Source: Candidatus Ozemobacteraceae bacterium (GTDB taxonomy: Bacteria; Muiribacteriota; Ozemobacteria; Ozemobacterales; Ozemobacteraceae). From it: DNA of 64,000 bases. Position 1 is the first letter of the stretch; each line of letters opens with the position of its first letter. Under the pieces are notes generated by a model. The model saw only the letters and a program-made list of their open reading frames with translations. It was not told where the DNA came from and ran no database searches. Shown in pieces: positions 10,054 through 18,723 of this stretch. The stretch is from the NCBI GenBank assembly GCA_965140445.1, contig OZ223236.1, forward strand, positions 512,001-576,000. Reading direction: 5' to 3'. The position numbers and the translations under genes are program-made.

Positions 10054-10743
10054 CTAAAACAAACTGAGTTCAAAATTATGGGTTAAACAGTAATAAATAC
10101 CAGCTAATATAAAGATTATTCCAGTAATATTACGGAGGTATTTTTCTATTTTGCTAAGCTTTGCAAAGCTACTGGAAAGGTGCTGACTGGCAAATGCAAT
10201 TATAAAAGCGAATATGACCACTGGAATTGAAGTGCCGATTCCATAAATGATGGGAATGATAAATTTTGAGTTTTGTTCAATCGCAAGCGGAACCATGCTG
10301 CCAAAGAAAAGGCCTGCTGAAACAGGACAAAAAGACAGTGCAAAAAGAAAGCCCAGTGGGAAAGCGTAAAAAAGACCGTTTTTTTCTGCTTTATCTTGAA
10401 GTTTATCTCCAACCAGGTTTAACCGTGCTTTCGATCCAGCTATGCCAGTAAGTATCATTCCGATGACTATCATTAATGGGCCAAGAATTTCATTCATGTA
10501 AGTTTGAAGAAATCTTGATATTGCGCCTGTTGAGCCTAACCCAAGCGATATTACAAATCCAAGAATCAGGTATGCAAAAGTCCTTCCTGATGTGTAAAGC
10601 ATGCCTGATAAGAGTGTGTGGCGCTTTTTCTGGATATTTTTGCTGACAAATGAAATGGCTGCAATATTTGTAGCCATAGGGCAAGGGCTTATCGCCGTGA
10701 GAATGCCGAGCCATGCTGCAGAAGAAATTGGAAGCCACTCCAT
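10054..10743 (-). CDS. ArsG-like / DsbD-CcdA-family membrane protein
   Basis: LGILTAISPCPMATNIAA and FALSFCPVS TM Cys motifs; ars operon context. Confidence 0.75.
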   Translation of the reverse strand: MEWLPISSAAWLGILTAISPCPMATNIAAISFVSKNIQKKRHTLLSGMLYTSGRTFAYLILGFVISLGLGSTGAISRFLQTYMNEILGPLMIVIGMILTGIAGSKARLNLVGDKLQDKAEKNGLFYAFPLGFLFALSFCPVSAGLFFGSMVPLAIEQNSKFIIPIIYGIGTSIPVVIFAFIIAFASQHLSSSFAKLSKIEKYLRNITGIIFILAGIYYCLTHNFELSLF

Positions 10744-11246
10744 CAGTGTTGCTCCTGCTTTTTTAAGAATTCTTCAACATTTTCAATAATGTATTGGTTA
10801 AATTCATCGGGCTTTTCCAGAAGTTGCCACACTTGCTCAAGCCTTTTGTATGATGAATAGCCTGTTTCGCCTTGCAGAGCTACTATTACGCAGCTGGATG
10901 ACACATCAAATGCAGATGACAGGTCTGAATTCTTTTGGAAATTAAATTCATTCCACTGCATTTCTCCATTCTTTAGCTGCTGTGCATATTTTGTTTCAAT
11001 AAGTTGTTTTGCCATTTTTTCTATTTTATTGCAGGTTTCGCAACGAAATGTTGAATGGCAATAGAAAACCATAAGCTTCTGTTTTTGGGAAAAGTCTACA
11101 GGTGCTTTTTGAGTTGGCAATGATTGGGCAACTTCTACCTGCTCTGAGTTTGTAGCTGTTGAAACTTTTACTGCATGGTGCTTTCCCAGAGAAAAGCCAA
11201 TTGCAATAAAAACAAAAGCAAACAGAAGCTTTTTAAGGTTTTCCAT
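10743..11246 (-). CDS. ArsF-like exported thioredoxin-fold protein
   Basis: N-terminal anchor, FYCHSTFRCETCNKIE; upstream of the ArsG-like gene. Confidence 0.7.
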   Translation of the reverse strand: MENLKKLLFAFVFIAIGFSLGKHHAVKVSTATNSEQVEVAQSLPTQKAPVDFSQKQKLMVFYCHSTFRCETCNKIEKMAKQLIETKYAQQLKNGEMQWNEFNFQKNSDLSSAFDVSSSCVIVALQGETGYSSYKRLEQVWQLLEKPDEFNQYIIENVEEFLKKQEQH

Positions 11247-11251
11247 AGAGA

Positions 11252-11743
11252 TTAGTTTTGACATCCTTTTTTGCAAAATGGCGCTTTACTTGTTTTTTCA
11301 GAAACAGTGGACGCAGAGTTTGTTGCTGTGTCATTTACAGGATTTGTGATTTCATTTTCCATCTGCGGCTTTGCAAGCTCAAATCCAAGCTCTTTCCATT
11401 TTTTTAGAATGTCTTCTTTGCTAATGAAACCGGTGTGACGCCATAGTTCTTTGTTTTCCGGGGAAAAGAAAATCTGTGTAGGTATTGATTCAATACCGTT
11501 GGCTGTTGCTCTTGCTTCGTTTTCAGCAAGCCAGACATCAACGAATTCAACAGATAGAACTTCTGAATACTCGTTTTTTAACTCTTCAATTACAGGCTCA
11601 AGCATTTTGCATGCTTTACATTTTTTAGCCCCGAAATCAACAAATTTTGGGAGCTCAGCAGTCGGATTTTCTTCACAAAATGCCGGAAAGACAAAGCTAA
11701 AGGCTAACAGGGCAAAGAATAATGAGATTAAGTTTTTTCTCAT
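11252..11743 (-). CDS. Exported thioredoxin-family protein
   Basis: Signal peptide, DFGAKKCKACK, IPTQIFF, RHTGF. Confidence 0.8.
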   Translation of the reverse strand: MRKNLISLFFALLAFSFVFPAFCEENPTAELPKFVDFGAKKCKACKMLEPVIEELKNEYSEVLSVEFVDVWLAENEARATANGIESIPTQIFFSPENKELWRHTGFISKEDILKKWKELGFELAKPQMENEITNPVNDTATNSASTVSEKTSKAPFCKKGCQN

Positions 11744-11744
11744 T

Positions 11745-11978
11745 TTATGCACCCAAAGCTACTTTTATCTCGTCTACAGATGCTACTTTGCCTTTTATTT
11801 TTACTTTTCCGTCAATGGCAAGAGCAGGAGTCATCATTACACCCATCGCGGCGATTTGTGCTATATCAGTAATTTTTACCAGTTCGAAATCTAATCCTGC
11901 TGCTTCTGCAGCTTTCTTTGCATTTTCAGCGAGTTCGTTACAAGCTGGACATCCGGTTCCAAGAATTTGAATTTTCAT
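11745..11978 (-). CDS. Small redox-active disulfide protein (MTH895/ArsE family)
   Basis: MKIQILGTGCPAC...GVMMTPALAIDG. Confidence 0.88.
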   Translation of the reverse strand: MKIQILGTGCPACNELAENAKKAAEAAGLDFELVKITDIAQIAAMGVMMTPALAIDGKVKIKGKVASVDEIKVALGA

Positions 11979-12001
11979 GATTTATTCCTTTTATATAAAA
12001 T

Positions 12002-12979
12002 TTAGAAGCTGATTGTATTAAATATCCAGCCAACGGCTGTAAACATTACGAGTAGCATGGCAAAGAAAATGAGCAAAAGTTTTGTCTGCATGACCTGTTT
12101 TAGCAGCATAAACTCGGGAAAGCTGGCCGCCACAGTACTCATCATAAATGCCAGTGTTGTTCCAATTGGAAGACCTTTACTTATAAGAGATTGTGCTACA
12201 GGGATAATTCCGCTGGCATTTGAGTAGAGTGGAATACCTATCAAAACTGCAGCGGGAACTGTCCACCAGTTTCCAGCGCCAAGATTTTCAACCACGAATG
12301 ATTCTGGCACAAATCCGTGTAGTGCAGCACCTAGTCCAACTCCTATCAAAACCCATTTCCATACTCTGCTAAATATGGTTTTAAGCTCATTCTTTGCAAA
12401 TATATGCCTATCTTTCAGAGACATTTTTACGGGTTCACCGGTTTCAACGTCCACTGTTTCAACCTTCATTACTGTTTCAACTAGTGGAGTTAAAAATCTT
12501 TCTGCTTTTATTAAATCCAGGAACGCCCCGCCAATGATTCCTGCGAGAATTCCCACAACAACATAGGCAATCATGAATTTGGTTCCGAGAAGGCTGCCTA
12601 AAAGAACCACAGCAACCTCATTAATGATCGGGGAAGTTATCAAAAACGACATAGTTATGCCAATTGGGATTCTTGCCTGGGTAAAACCAAGAAATAATGG
12701 AATACTGGAACATGAACAAAACGGCGTTACAGCACCAAAACCTGCTCCAATTGTATAACCCACGATTTTACTTTTCCCGGCTAGATAGTCTCTTACTACT
12801 TCAACATTGAGAGAAGCGCGAAGCAGTGCTATCACATAAATCATTATTATGAGCAACGCGTAAATCTTCGTTGTGTCCTCTATAAAAAAGTGAACGCTGC
12901 TTCCAAGCTTGGATGCAGGATCAAGTCCCATTAAGTTATATGCAAGATAAGTGGCAAGGTCGGTAAAGATTTTAAGCAT
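12002..12979 (-). CDS. ArsP/DUF318-family permease
   Basis: TPFCSCSSIP, SFLITSP, GIPLYS motifs; multiple TM segments. Confidence 0.85.
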   Translation of the reverse strand: MLKIFTDLATYLAYNLMGLDPASKLGSSVHFFIEDTTKIYALLIIMIYVIALLRASLNVEVVRDYLAGKSKIVGYTIGAGFGAVTPFCSCSSIPLFLGFTQARIPIGITMSFLITSPIINEVAVVLLGSLLGTKFMIAYVVVGILAGIIGGAFLDLIKAERFLTPLVETVMKVETVDVETGEPVKMSLKDRHIFAKNELKTIFSRVWKWVLIGVGLGAALHGFVPESFVVENLGAGNWWTVPAAVLIGIPLYSNASGIIPVAQSLISKGLPIGTTLAFMMSTVAASFPEFMLLKQVMQTKLLLIFFAMLLVMFTAVGWIFNTISF

Positions 12980-13304
12980 TGCTGTTAGCCTTTTTTAATC
13001 TATCAATCTGGCAGTCCAGATTGTTCTTCATGGTTTTTTCAATGCAATTCATAAAGCTATTGACGCAGGGAAATCTTAATCGGTAGTAAACCATTTTGCC
13101 GCGCTTTTCATCTTCGACGAGGCCTGCCTGCTTTAGAACTGAAAGATGCTTGGAAATTGTGGAAAAATCAGCTTCAATTTTATCGACAAATTTGCACACA
13201 CATTGCTCACCGTCTGCGAGGAAATCGACAATAAACAGGCGAGTTGGGTGGGCAAGCGCTTTTAGGATCTTTGCCTTTTCGTTGTAGTGGTGTTTGTTTT
13301 TCAT
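12972..13304 (-). CDS. arsR: ArsR/SmtB-family repressor
   Basis: LKALAHPTRL, EQCVCK, STISKHLSVLKQAGLV, RGKMVYY. Confidence 0.85.
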   Translation of the reverse strand: MKNKHHYNEKAKILKALAHPTRLFIVDFLADGEQCVCKFVDKIEADFSTISKHLSVLKQAGLVEDEKRGKMVYYRLRFPCVNSFMNCIEKTMKNNLDCQIDRLKKANSNA

Positions 13305-13311
13305 ACAATTT

Positions 13312-13351
13312 ACTATACACCAAGTTTTTATATTTGGCAAATTGACCAAAT
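13312..13351 (-). promoter_or_regulatory. sigma70 promoter of arsR with overlapping inverted-repeat operator
   Basis: Minus strand TTGCCA (13340-13335)-N17-TATAGT (13317-13312); ATTTGG-N8-CCAAAT at 13332-13351. Confidence 0.65.
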
Positions 13352-13376
13352 GTTTTTGTGAGTATTTAAAAATGAA

Positions 13377-13432
13377 TTGACTTTGTGTTTTTTTGTAATA
13401 CAATATATCTGTTGATAATGATTCTTAATTAC
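13377..13432 (+). promoter_or_regulatory. Peroxiredoxin promoter with Fur/Per-box-like site
   Basis: TTGACT-N16-TACAAT (13377-13404), then TGATAATgATTCTTA (13413-13427), 12/14 to the 7-1-7 Fur box. Confidence 0.55.
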
Positions 13433-13451
13433 ATTTAAAAGGGGACTAAAA

Positions 13452-14135
13452 ATGGAAAACACAAATGAAAACTTCAGAATGCCACTAATAGGTGATAAAG
13501 CACCTTCTTTTGTTGCAAAGACAACAATGGGTGAAATCAACTTTCCAGAGGATTACAATGGCAAGTGGGTAATTTTATTCTCTCACCCCGCGGACTTCAC
13601 TCCTGTTTGCACCACTGAATTTATGACTTTTGCAACAATGCAGGACGAGTTTAAAGCTCTCAATACCGAGTTAGTAGGGATTTCTATTGACAGTCTATAT
13701 GCCCATATTGCATGGCTGAGAACTATCAAAGAAAAGATAGAATACAAGGGAATGAAAAACGTCGAGGTCAAATTCCCTCTTATTGAAGATATTAAAATGG
13801 ATGTTGCCAAAAAATATGGAATGGTTCAACCAGGGGAATCCACTACTCAGGCAGTAAGAGCTGTTTTTATAATTGATCCAGAAGCAAAAGTCAGAGCGGT
13901 AATTTATTATCCATTGGCAAATGGCAGAAATATGGATGAAATCAAAAGAATCATCATTGCCATGCAGAAATCAGACAAAGAAAAAATCGCTACACCGGCT
14001 AACTGGCAGCCAGGTGAAGACGTTATCATTCCACCTCCAGGCTCATGCGGCGTAGCAAAAGAGCGTATGGAAACTCCTGAAGAAGATAAATACTGTTTAG
14101 ATTGGTTTATGTGTTTTAAGAGAGAGCGAAAATAA
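13452..14135 (+). CDS. Peroxiredoxin (Prx6/AhpC family)
   Basis: FSHPADFTPVCTTE, GRNMDEI, TPANW, DWFMC. Confidence 0.93.
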   Translation: MENTNENFRMPLIGDKAPSFVAKTTMGEINFPEDYNGKWVILFSHPADFTPVCTTEFMTFATMQDEFKALNTELVGISIDSLYAHIAWLRTIKEKIEYKGMKNVEVKFPLIEDIKMDVAKKYGMVQPGESTTQAVRAVFIIDPEAKVRAVIYYPLANGRNMDEIKRIIIAMQKSDKEKIATPANWQPGEDVIIPPPGSCGVAKERMETPEEDKYCLDWFMCFKRERK

Positions 14136-14156
14136 TGGTGAAATTAGCTTAATGAG

Positions 14157-14199
14157 AAAAAGAGCTACAGCTTTTTTGGTATGTAGCTCTTTTTCTTTT
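14157..14199 (+). terminator. Intrinsic terminator
   Basis: AAAAAGAGCTACA...TGTAGCTCTTTTT stem with T-tract. Confidence 0.75.
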
Positions 14200-14293
14200 A
14201 TAGTAAAGATGGTCTGAGTAATTTTTAATCTAGACAAAATAGAAATTTGCTATAGGTTAATTTAGTAACAAATCAAATACGGAAGATTAAATC

Positions 14294-14695
14294 ATGGAAC
14301 AGATAGTAACTAAATTTAGAAAAAGCAAAAATCGAAACATGATCCTGGAGTTCATTACCAATTTAAAAAAACATCCAACCGCAGATATGATTTATCTTGG
14401 TCTGAAGAAGAATATTCCCAGCTTGAGTATTGGAAATGTTTACAGAAATCTCAATATTTTGATTGAACAAAAATTAATCCGAAAGGTTGAGGTTAAAGGG
14501 CTTCAGGAAAGGTTTGAAGCCATATGTGAACCGCATTACCATTTCATTTGTGAAGGGTGTGGAGCTATTTTGGATCTTGAAATGCCTATTTTAAAAGACT
14601 TAAACAAGAAGTTGCAAAAGAGTTCAAATCTCAAAGTAAACAGACACCAACTCACTTTTTTTGGTTGCTGCGATTCTTGCAATAATGCTGTTTAA
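14294..14695 (+). CDS. Fur-family regulator, PerR-like
   Basis: HPTA, VYRNL, HYHFICEGCG, CDSC; adjacent to peroxiredoxin. Confidence 0.85.
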   Translation: MEQIVTKFRKSKNRNMILEFITNLKKHPTADMIYLGLKKNIPSLSIGNVYRNLNILIEQKLIRKVEVKGLQERFEAICEPHYHFICEGCGAILDLEMPILKDLNKKLQKSSNLKVNRHQLTFFGCCDSCNNAV

Positions 14696-14713
14696 TTATA
14701 TTTTTGCCAATTC

Positions 14714-15595
14714 CTATTTCTTTTTTATAGGAATATAAATATCGACCTCAGGAACTTCTTTCATACATCGTTCGTCATAAAGTTCAAAATCTTCAGTTTC
14801 TGCTCTGATATATTCTGTTTGCCCGGGTAACCATGTTCCATGTATATATTTGCATAAACTTTGAATTGATTCTGGCATTGGTCCTTTGGATGTGAAAACA
14901 GCATAAGTTGCTTCCGGAATTGTTCTGGAAACCATTCCTTCTGGAACCTCAGTTGCACTTGTTACTTCTGATCCAATCATATAAATAAAGCTTTTTGAGT
15001 CTTTTTTCCCGTCTGCACAAATACCATATTGTCGATGGGGTGTTGTTTTATTTGGAATTTTTTCGTCATTTTTTTCTTTTAAATACTTTTGCCAGAAAAG
15101 TGGGATTTCCTTAAAATTGGTTCCGTCTCCAATGGTTTCTATTTGTTTACCGATTACAGTAAAAGAAGGTTTAGTGATAATTTTTGGGGTCATAATTCCG
15201 CTCCTTAATTGATGGTCCCTTTTGAGTTGAGCAATGTCTTTTTTGGATCTTATATCATAGCTCAGCCCTTGTTTCCGGAACTTTGCCGGTGTCATTGAAA
15301 AGTGTTCCTTAAAACTTCGGGTGAAGGATTCTTGTGAATTGAACCCAAATTCAATAGCTATCTCTAAAACACGTCTTTTGGTTTTTACCAGCTCTGTAGC
15401 CGCTAAAGACATTCGTCTTTTTCTAATGTATTCTTTTAGTGTGTCGCCGGTAAAAGCAGAAAAAATGCGGTGAAAATAGAAAAGTGAGCAACAGGCTTCA
15501 TTAGCAATATCAATTAGCTCAATTTCTTCTTTGATATGGTCTTCTATATATTTTAAAGCCTTATCAATCTTTTCAAAATAATCCACAGAACCCAC
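14714..15595 (-). CDS. AraC-family regulator with GyrI-like effector domain
   Basis: FHRIF..., GFNSQESFTRSF...TP, C-terminal DFELYD...IYIPI. Confidence 0.9.
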   Translation of the reverse strand: MGSVDYFEKIDKALKYIEDHIKEEIELIDIANEACCSLFYFHRIFSAFTGDTLKEYIRKRRMSLAATELVKTKRRVLEIAIEFGFNSQESFTRSFKEHFSMTPAKFRKQGLSYDIRSKKDIAQLKRDHQLRSGIMTPKIITKPSFTVIGKQIETIGDGTNFKEIPLFWQKYLKEKNDEKIPNKTTPHRQYGICADGKKDSKSFIYMIGSEVTSATEVPEGMVSRTIPEATYAVFTSKGPMPESIQSLCKYIHGTWLPGQTEYIRAETEDFELYDERCMKEVPEVDIYIPIKKK

Positions 15596-15710
15596 GTCCT
15601 TTTACGAAGTTAATTATATTGTAATAAGCTGTGTTTGATCTTTTTTGATATTTTGTGCTGAGTTTTAAAACTGTTAAAAATTAATAAAAAGGCTTGTAAT
15701 TGCGGTTTGT

Positions 15711-17165
15711 TTAATCAATATTTCCACATTCTGAGCAACGGATTGTGAAATCTGTTTCAGATTTTTGCAGATACTCAAATTTGCCCCCAACAGGGCAATC
15801 ATATCCATAGGAGTTTTTTCTCAGGTAACCTTTTTTTAATAATAAATCGATGTTTAGAGTTTTCATTGGCTCTGAATTATCCAGGTTATACATTTCAATT
15901 GCTCCCTGTATAACTCTTCTTGTGGCCATGCAGGCTTTTTGTCTGGCCTCGTCCCTTTTTTTTCTTAACACAGGTATTTGTTGATTTGCTTCATAACTTA
16001 CGAAACCACCAAGCTCACCAAGGAACATTCCTGGATCAATATATCTTGCGCTAAAGCTTAGGATGTTATTTGTTTTGTCCAGTTTCCAGGAATTTACAAA
16101 ATTGATAAAATCTTCTCTAAGCTCTTCTGGAACTAACTTTAGGTTGTTGTTTAAGAAAATTTTTCTACCTGCGGTATAGGTTACAATTTTTTCTTCCAGC
16201 AGGTTTGCAGTATTGCTGTCGTTTAGCGCTAAGGTAAAAGAAGCACTTTGGGCCAGGATCATTATGTCTAAGTCCTTATATGGCTCTAAAAATCGAGTTT
16301 GATATTTTTCAGACTCATTAATGTCATTATTTTGTGGGTGACCGTGAATCAAACAACGAAAGCCTAATCCATCTTTTCTCAAAACAAATTGAGCTCCTTT
16401 GGGGCAGGTCATTTCCGGGGAAAGGCTTAAATCATCAAAAACTTCCTTCTTTTCTTCGACTTCGAGAGTAGAGTAATATTCTGTAAAAAGCTTCTGAGCT
16501 AAAAAGCATTTTTCAAACTCCTTTTTACAAGAATATTCTCCGTAGCTTTTATTAAGCTGATCGAACCAGATATTAGTCGTTAATAAAGGTTTTTCACGGG
16601 CAATTTTTTTTAGAAGTTCCTTTTGAATTTCGTCAGGATAATTTTGCTTAAAGGATTTAAAAGATGGCATCAAAAAAATCTCATCCTTTGAGACCCTAAA
16701 AATAGCATTTACGTTTTTATCTGTAAGGAGAAGTTCATAAAGTTCCAGGTCGTTTTTCAATATTTTTATTTTTTTTCCAAGCTTGGCAATATATGGTTCA
16801 ATAAGGATTTTACAGCTTTGTGGTACAAATTTTCCGGTTAGATGGAATCCAAAATCCATAGTACTGTAAAACGAAAACCACAGTTTTCCGTCTGGTATAA
16901 AAATTTGCGATTTAAAAAACTTAGTCAGTGCTTTTATAGGGAGTTTTGTTGAGAGCTGCTTCAGCATTTCTTCCTTTTGGCCAGATTTTTCAAGTCTACC
17001 TAGACCTTTTCTAAAAGCTTCAATGATTGCTCCACAGTCTACAAATATAATAGCTACAGAAGGGCTTTTAACAAGCATTGCCCCATCTAGTTTCGTGTTT
17101 TTCTCGCCTGCTTTAAGGCTCATAGCAAAGACAAGAAGGAATACTGTGAAAAGGCAGATTTTCAT
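15711..17165 (-). CDS. Exported hypothetical protein with C-terminal pilin-like (GspG/ComGC-like) Cys domain
   Basis: Signal peptide MKICLF...; C-terminal ARQKACMATRRVIQGAIEMYNLD...LLKKGYL...CPVGG...C. Confidence 0.55.
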   Translation of the reverse strand: MKICLFTVFLLVFAMSLKAGEKNTKLDGAMLVKSPSVAIIFVDCGAIIEAFRKGLGRLEKSGQKEEMLKQLSTKLPIKALTKFFKSQIFIPDGKLWFSFYSTMDFGFHLTGKFVPQSCKILIEPYIAKLGKKIKILKNDLELYELLLTDKNVNAIFRVSKDEIFLMPSFKSFKQNYPDEIQKELLKKIAREKPLLTTNIWFDQLNKSYGEYSCKKEFEKCFLAQKLFTEYYSTLEVEEKKEVFDDLSLSPEMTCPKGAQFVLRKDGLGFRCLIHGHPQNNDINESEKYQTRFLEPYKDLDIMILAQSASFTLALNDSNTANLLEEKIVTYTAGRKIFLNNNLKLVPEELREDFINFVNSWKLDKTNNILSFSARYIDPGMFLGELGGFVSYEANQQIPVLRKKRDEARQKACMATRRVIQGAIEMYNLDNSEPMKTLNIDLLLKKGYLRKNSYGYDCPVGGKFEYLQKSETDFTIRCSECGNID

Positions 17166-17290
17166 TTTTGCGGCAGACACTTTTTTCTCCTGGATCATTT
17201 TAAAAGGCAATATTATAATCATACTTCTATAATGAAGCTTTTTCACTAAGTGGAATAGAACTTTTTTAATGTCAGAATTGGTAGAATAAA

Positions 17291-17520
17291 ATGGAAAGAA
17301 TGGTTTGCTATTGTAAAAAAGTGTCAGAGAGCCAAATCGTGAAGGCTATAAAAAATGGAGCAAATAGCTTAAAGGACATTCAAGTCGCTACAAGCGCATG
17401 CACTGGCAGCAGTTGCAAGGATCTCAATCCTTCAGGAGAAACTGCTGTTCAAAAGATATTACAGAATTACTTCGCAAACACTTGAAGAATGCTGATGATT
17501 GTAATTGCGGATGTTGTTGA
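17291..17520 (+). pseudogene. BFD-like [2Fe-2S]-binding protein with apparent frameshift near 17440
   Basis: VCYCKKVS...ACTGSSCKDLNPSG; the expected CC continues in another frame from 17443: CCSKDITELLRKHLKNADDCNCGCC*. Confidence 0.65.
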
Positions 17521-17548
17521 TAATTCAGCTTTTAAAAAATCAAAATAA

Positions 17549-18205
17549 TCATTCAGGGTCAGTGTTATAGTTTCGGTTATAGCCGTTGAATTCAAGAATT
17601 GAATTGAAAGTTTGTGGAATAATGGTTGTCATAAACTCTCTTATTGCCGGAGCTTGTCCTTTCTTTTTTGCAGGTTCTATGACCTGAAAGAAAGGTCTGA
17701 AAAAGCTCTTTTTTATGCCATGAGAATCACCTAAAACAGCAAGAAGCTCAAAATGATTGATTTCTTTGCTTAAGACAATCTTTCTTTCTGGAGCAGGTCT
17801 TCCGATGGAATCAGCATAGTAAATAGTTCTTGTAAGAGTATTTTTTTCTCCGTCAAACTCATATACGATTCTGTTTAATTTTTTTTCATACTTGTCACCA
17901 GAACTCTTTGGTTCAGCAAAGGAAAAGAACTCATATGTTTTTACAAATCCAGTTTCACTGGATTTTAAAATGTCGTAAATATTAACTCTTGAGGCGGTGT
18001 TCGAAAATTTTAGTGAAGCCGCTGAAAGATCGTTTCGAAGCATGGTGATAATATTTTGACCTGTTTGAATTGCTACATTTCGAGAAAGATTTTTCTCAAA
18101 TGAATTGCTGCTGAACGTAAGAGTTCTATAGGTTGGGATAACGACCAGAGCCAGAATTACACTGACAAGAACCACTTCTATTAAGGTAAACCCGTTTTTT
18201 TTCAT
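17549..18205 (-). CDS. Prepilin-type N-terminal cleavage/methylation protein (PilW/GspJ-like)
   Basis: MKKNG|FTLIEVV class III signal. Confidence 0.85.
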   Translation of the reverse strand: MKKNGFTLIEVVLVSVILALVVIPTYRTLTFSSNSFEKNLSRNVAIQTGQNIITMLRNDLSAASLKFSNTASRVNIYDILKSSETGFVKTYEFFSFAEPKSSGDKYEKKLNRIVYEFDGEKNTLTRTIYYADSIGRPAPERKIVLSKEINHFELLAVLGDSHGIKKSFFRPFFQVIEPAKKKGQAPAIREFMTTIIPQTFNSILEFNGYNRNYNTDPE

Positions 18206-18723
18206 GGAATAAGCTCCAAAACAGTCGTTGAAAAGTTCATGACTTCATTTTTTAGATACTTGGCGGCCCGGCTTCCCTTTTGAATCCTGAGTTGAGCGGT
18301 AATTAAAATGCCATTAACCGATTTTCCATCGGGTTGGTCTGCCTTAATTTCTTTAAACTCAATTCTTCGCTCAAATGATTTGCATTCAGAGAAATATGCA
18401 TCATTAACATCAACATCTTCATCATTAAGGTTTTTTGAAAAAATGAGGTGGTCGGTAACTTTGTGCCAGGGGCCACTGCTGCAGTCGCTTAAAGGGAAAG
18501 GCTTACTCTCTTTTGAATCAAGGTGTGCCTTAGCCCATCTGTATCCCATTCCCTGACTGAAATCTATAACTTCTTTGCCCAGAGAGTAGGCCATAAATTT
18601 GTAGTAAGCTTCCATTCCTCTGGAACTTGTTGATTGGTTGACCGTAAAAAAAGCCATCAACGAAAGCTGAAGGATAAAAATAGCAATGAGGAGTTCTACG
18701 AGAGTGAATGCTTTTTTCTTCAT
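18202..18723 (-). CDS. Prepilin-type protein (PilV/GspI-like)
   Basis: MKKKA|FTLVELL class III signal. Confidence 0.82.
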   Translation of the reverse strand: MKKKAFTLVELLIAIFILQLSLMAFFTVNQSTSSRGMEAYYKFMAYSLGKEVIDFSQGMGYRWAKAHLDSKESKPFPLSDCSSGPWHKVTDHLIFSKNLNDEDVDVNDAYFSECKSFERRIEFKEIKADQPDGKSVNGILITAQLRIQKGSRAAKYLKNEVMNFSTTVLELIP

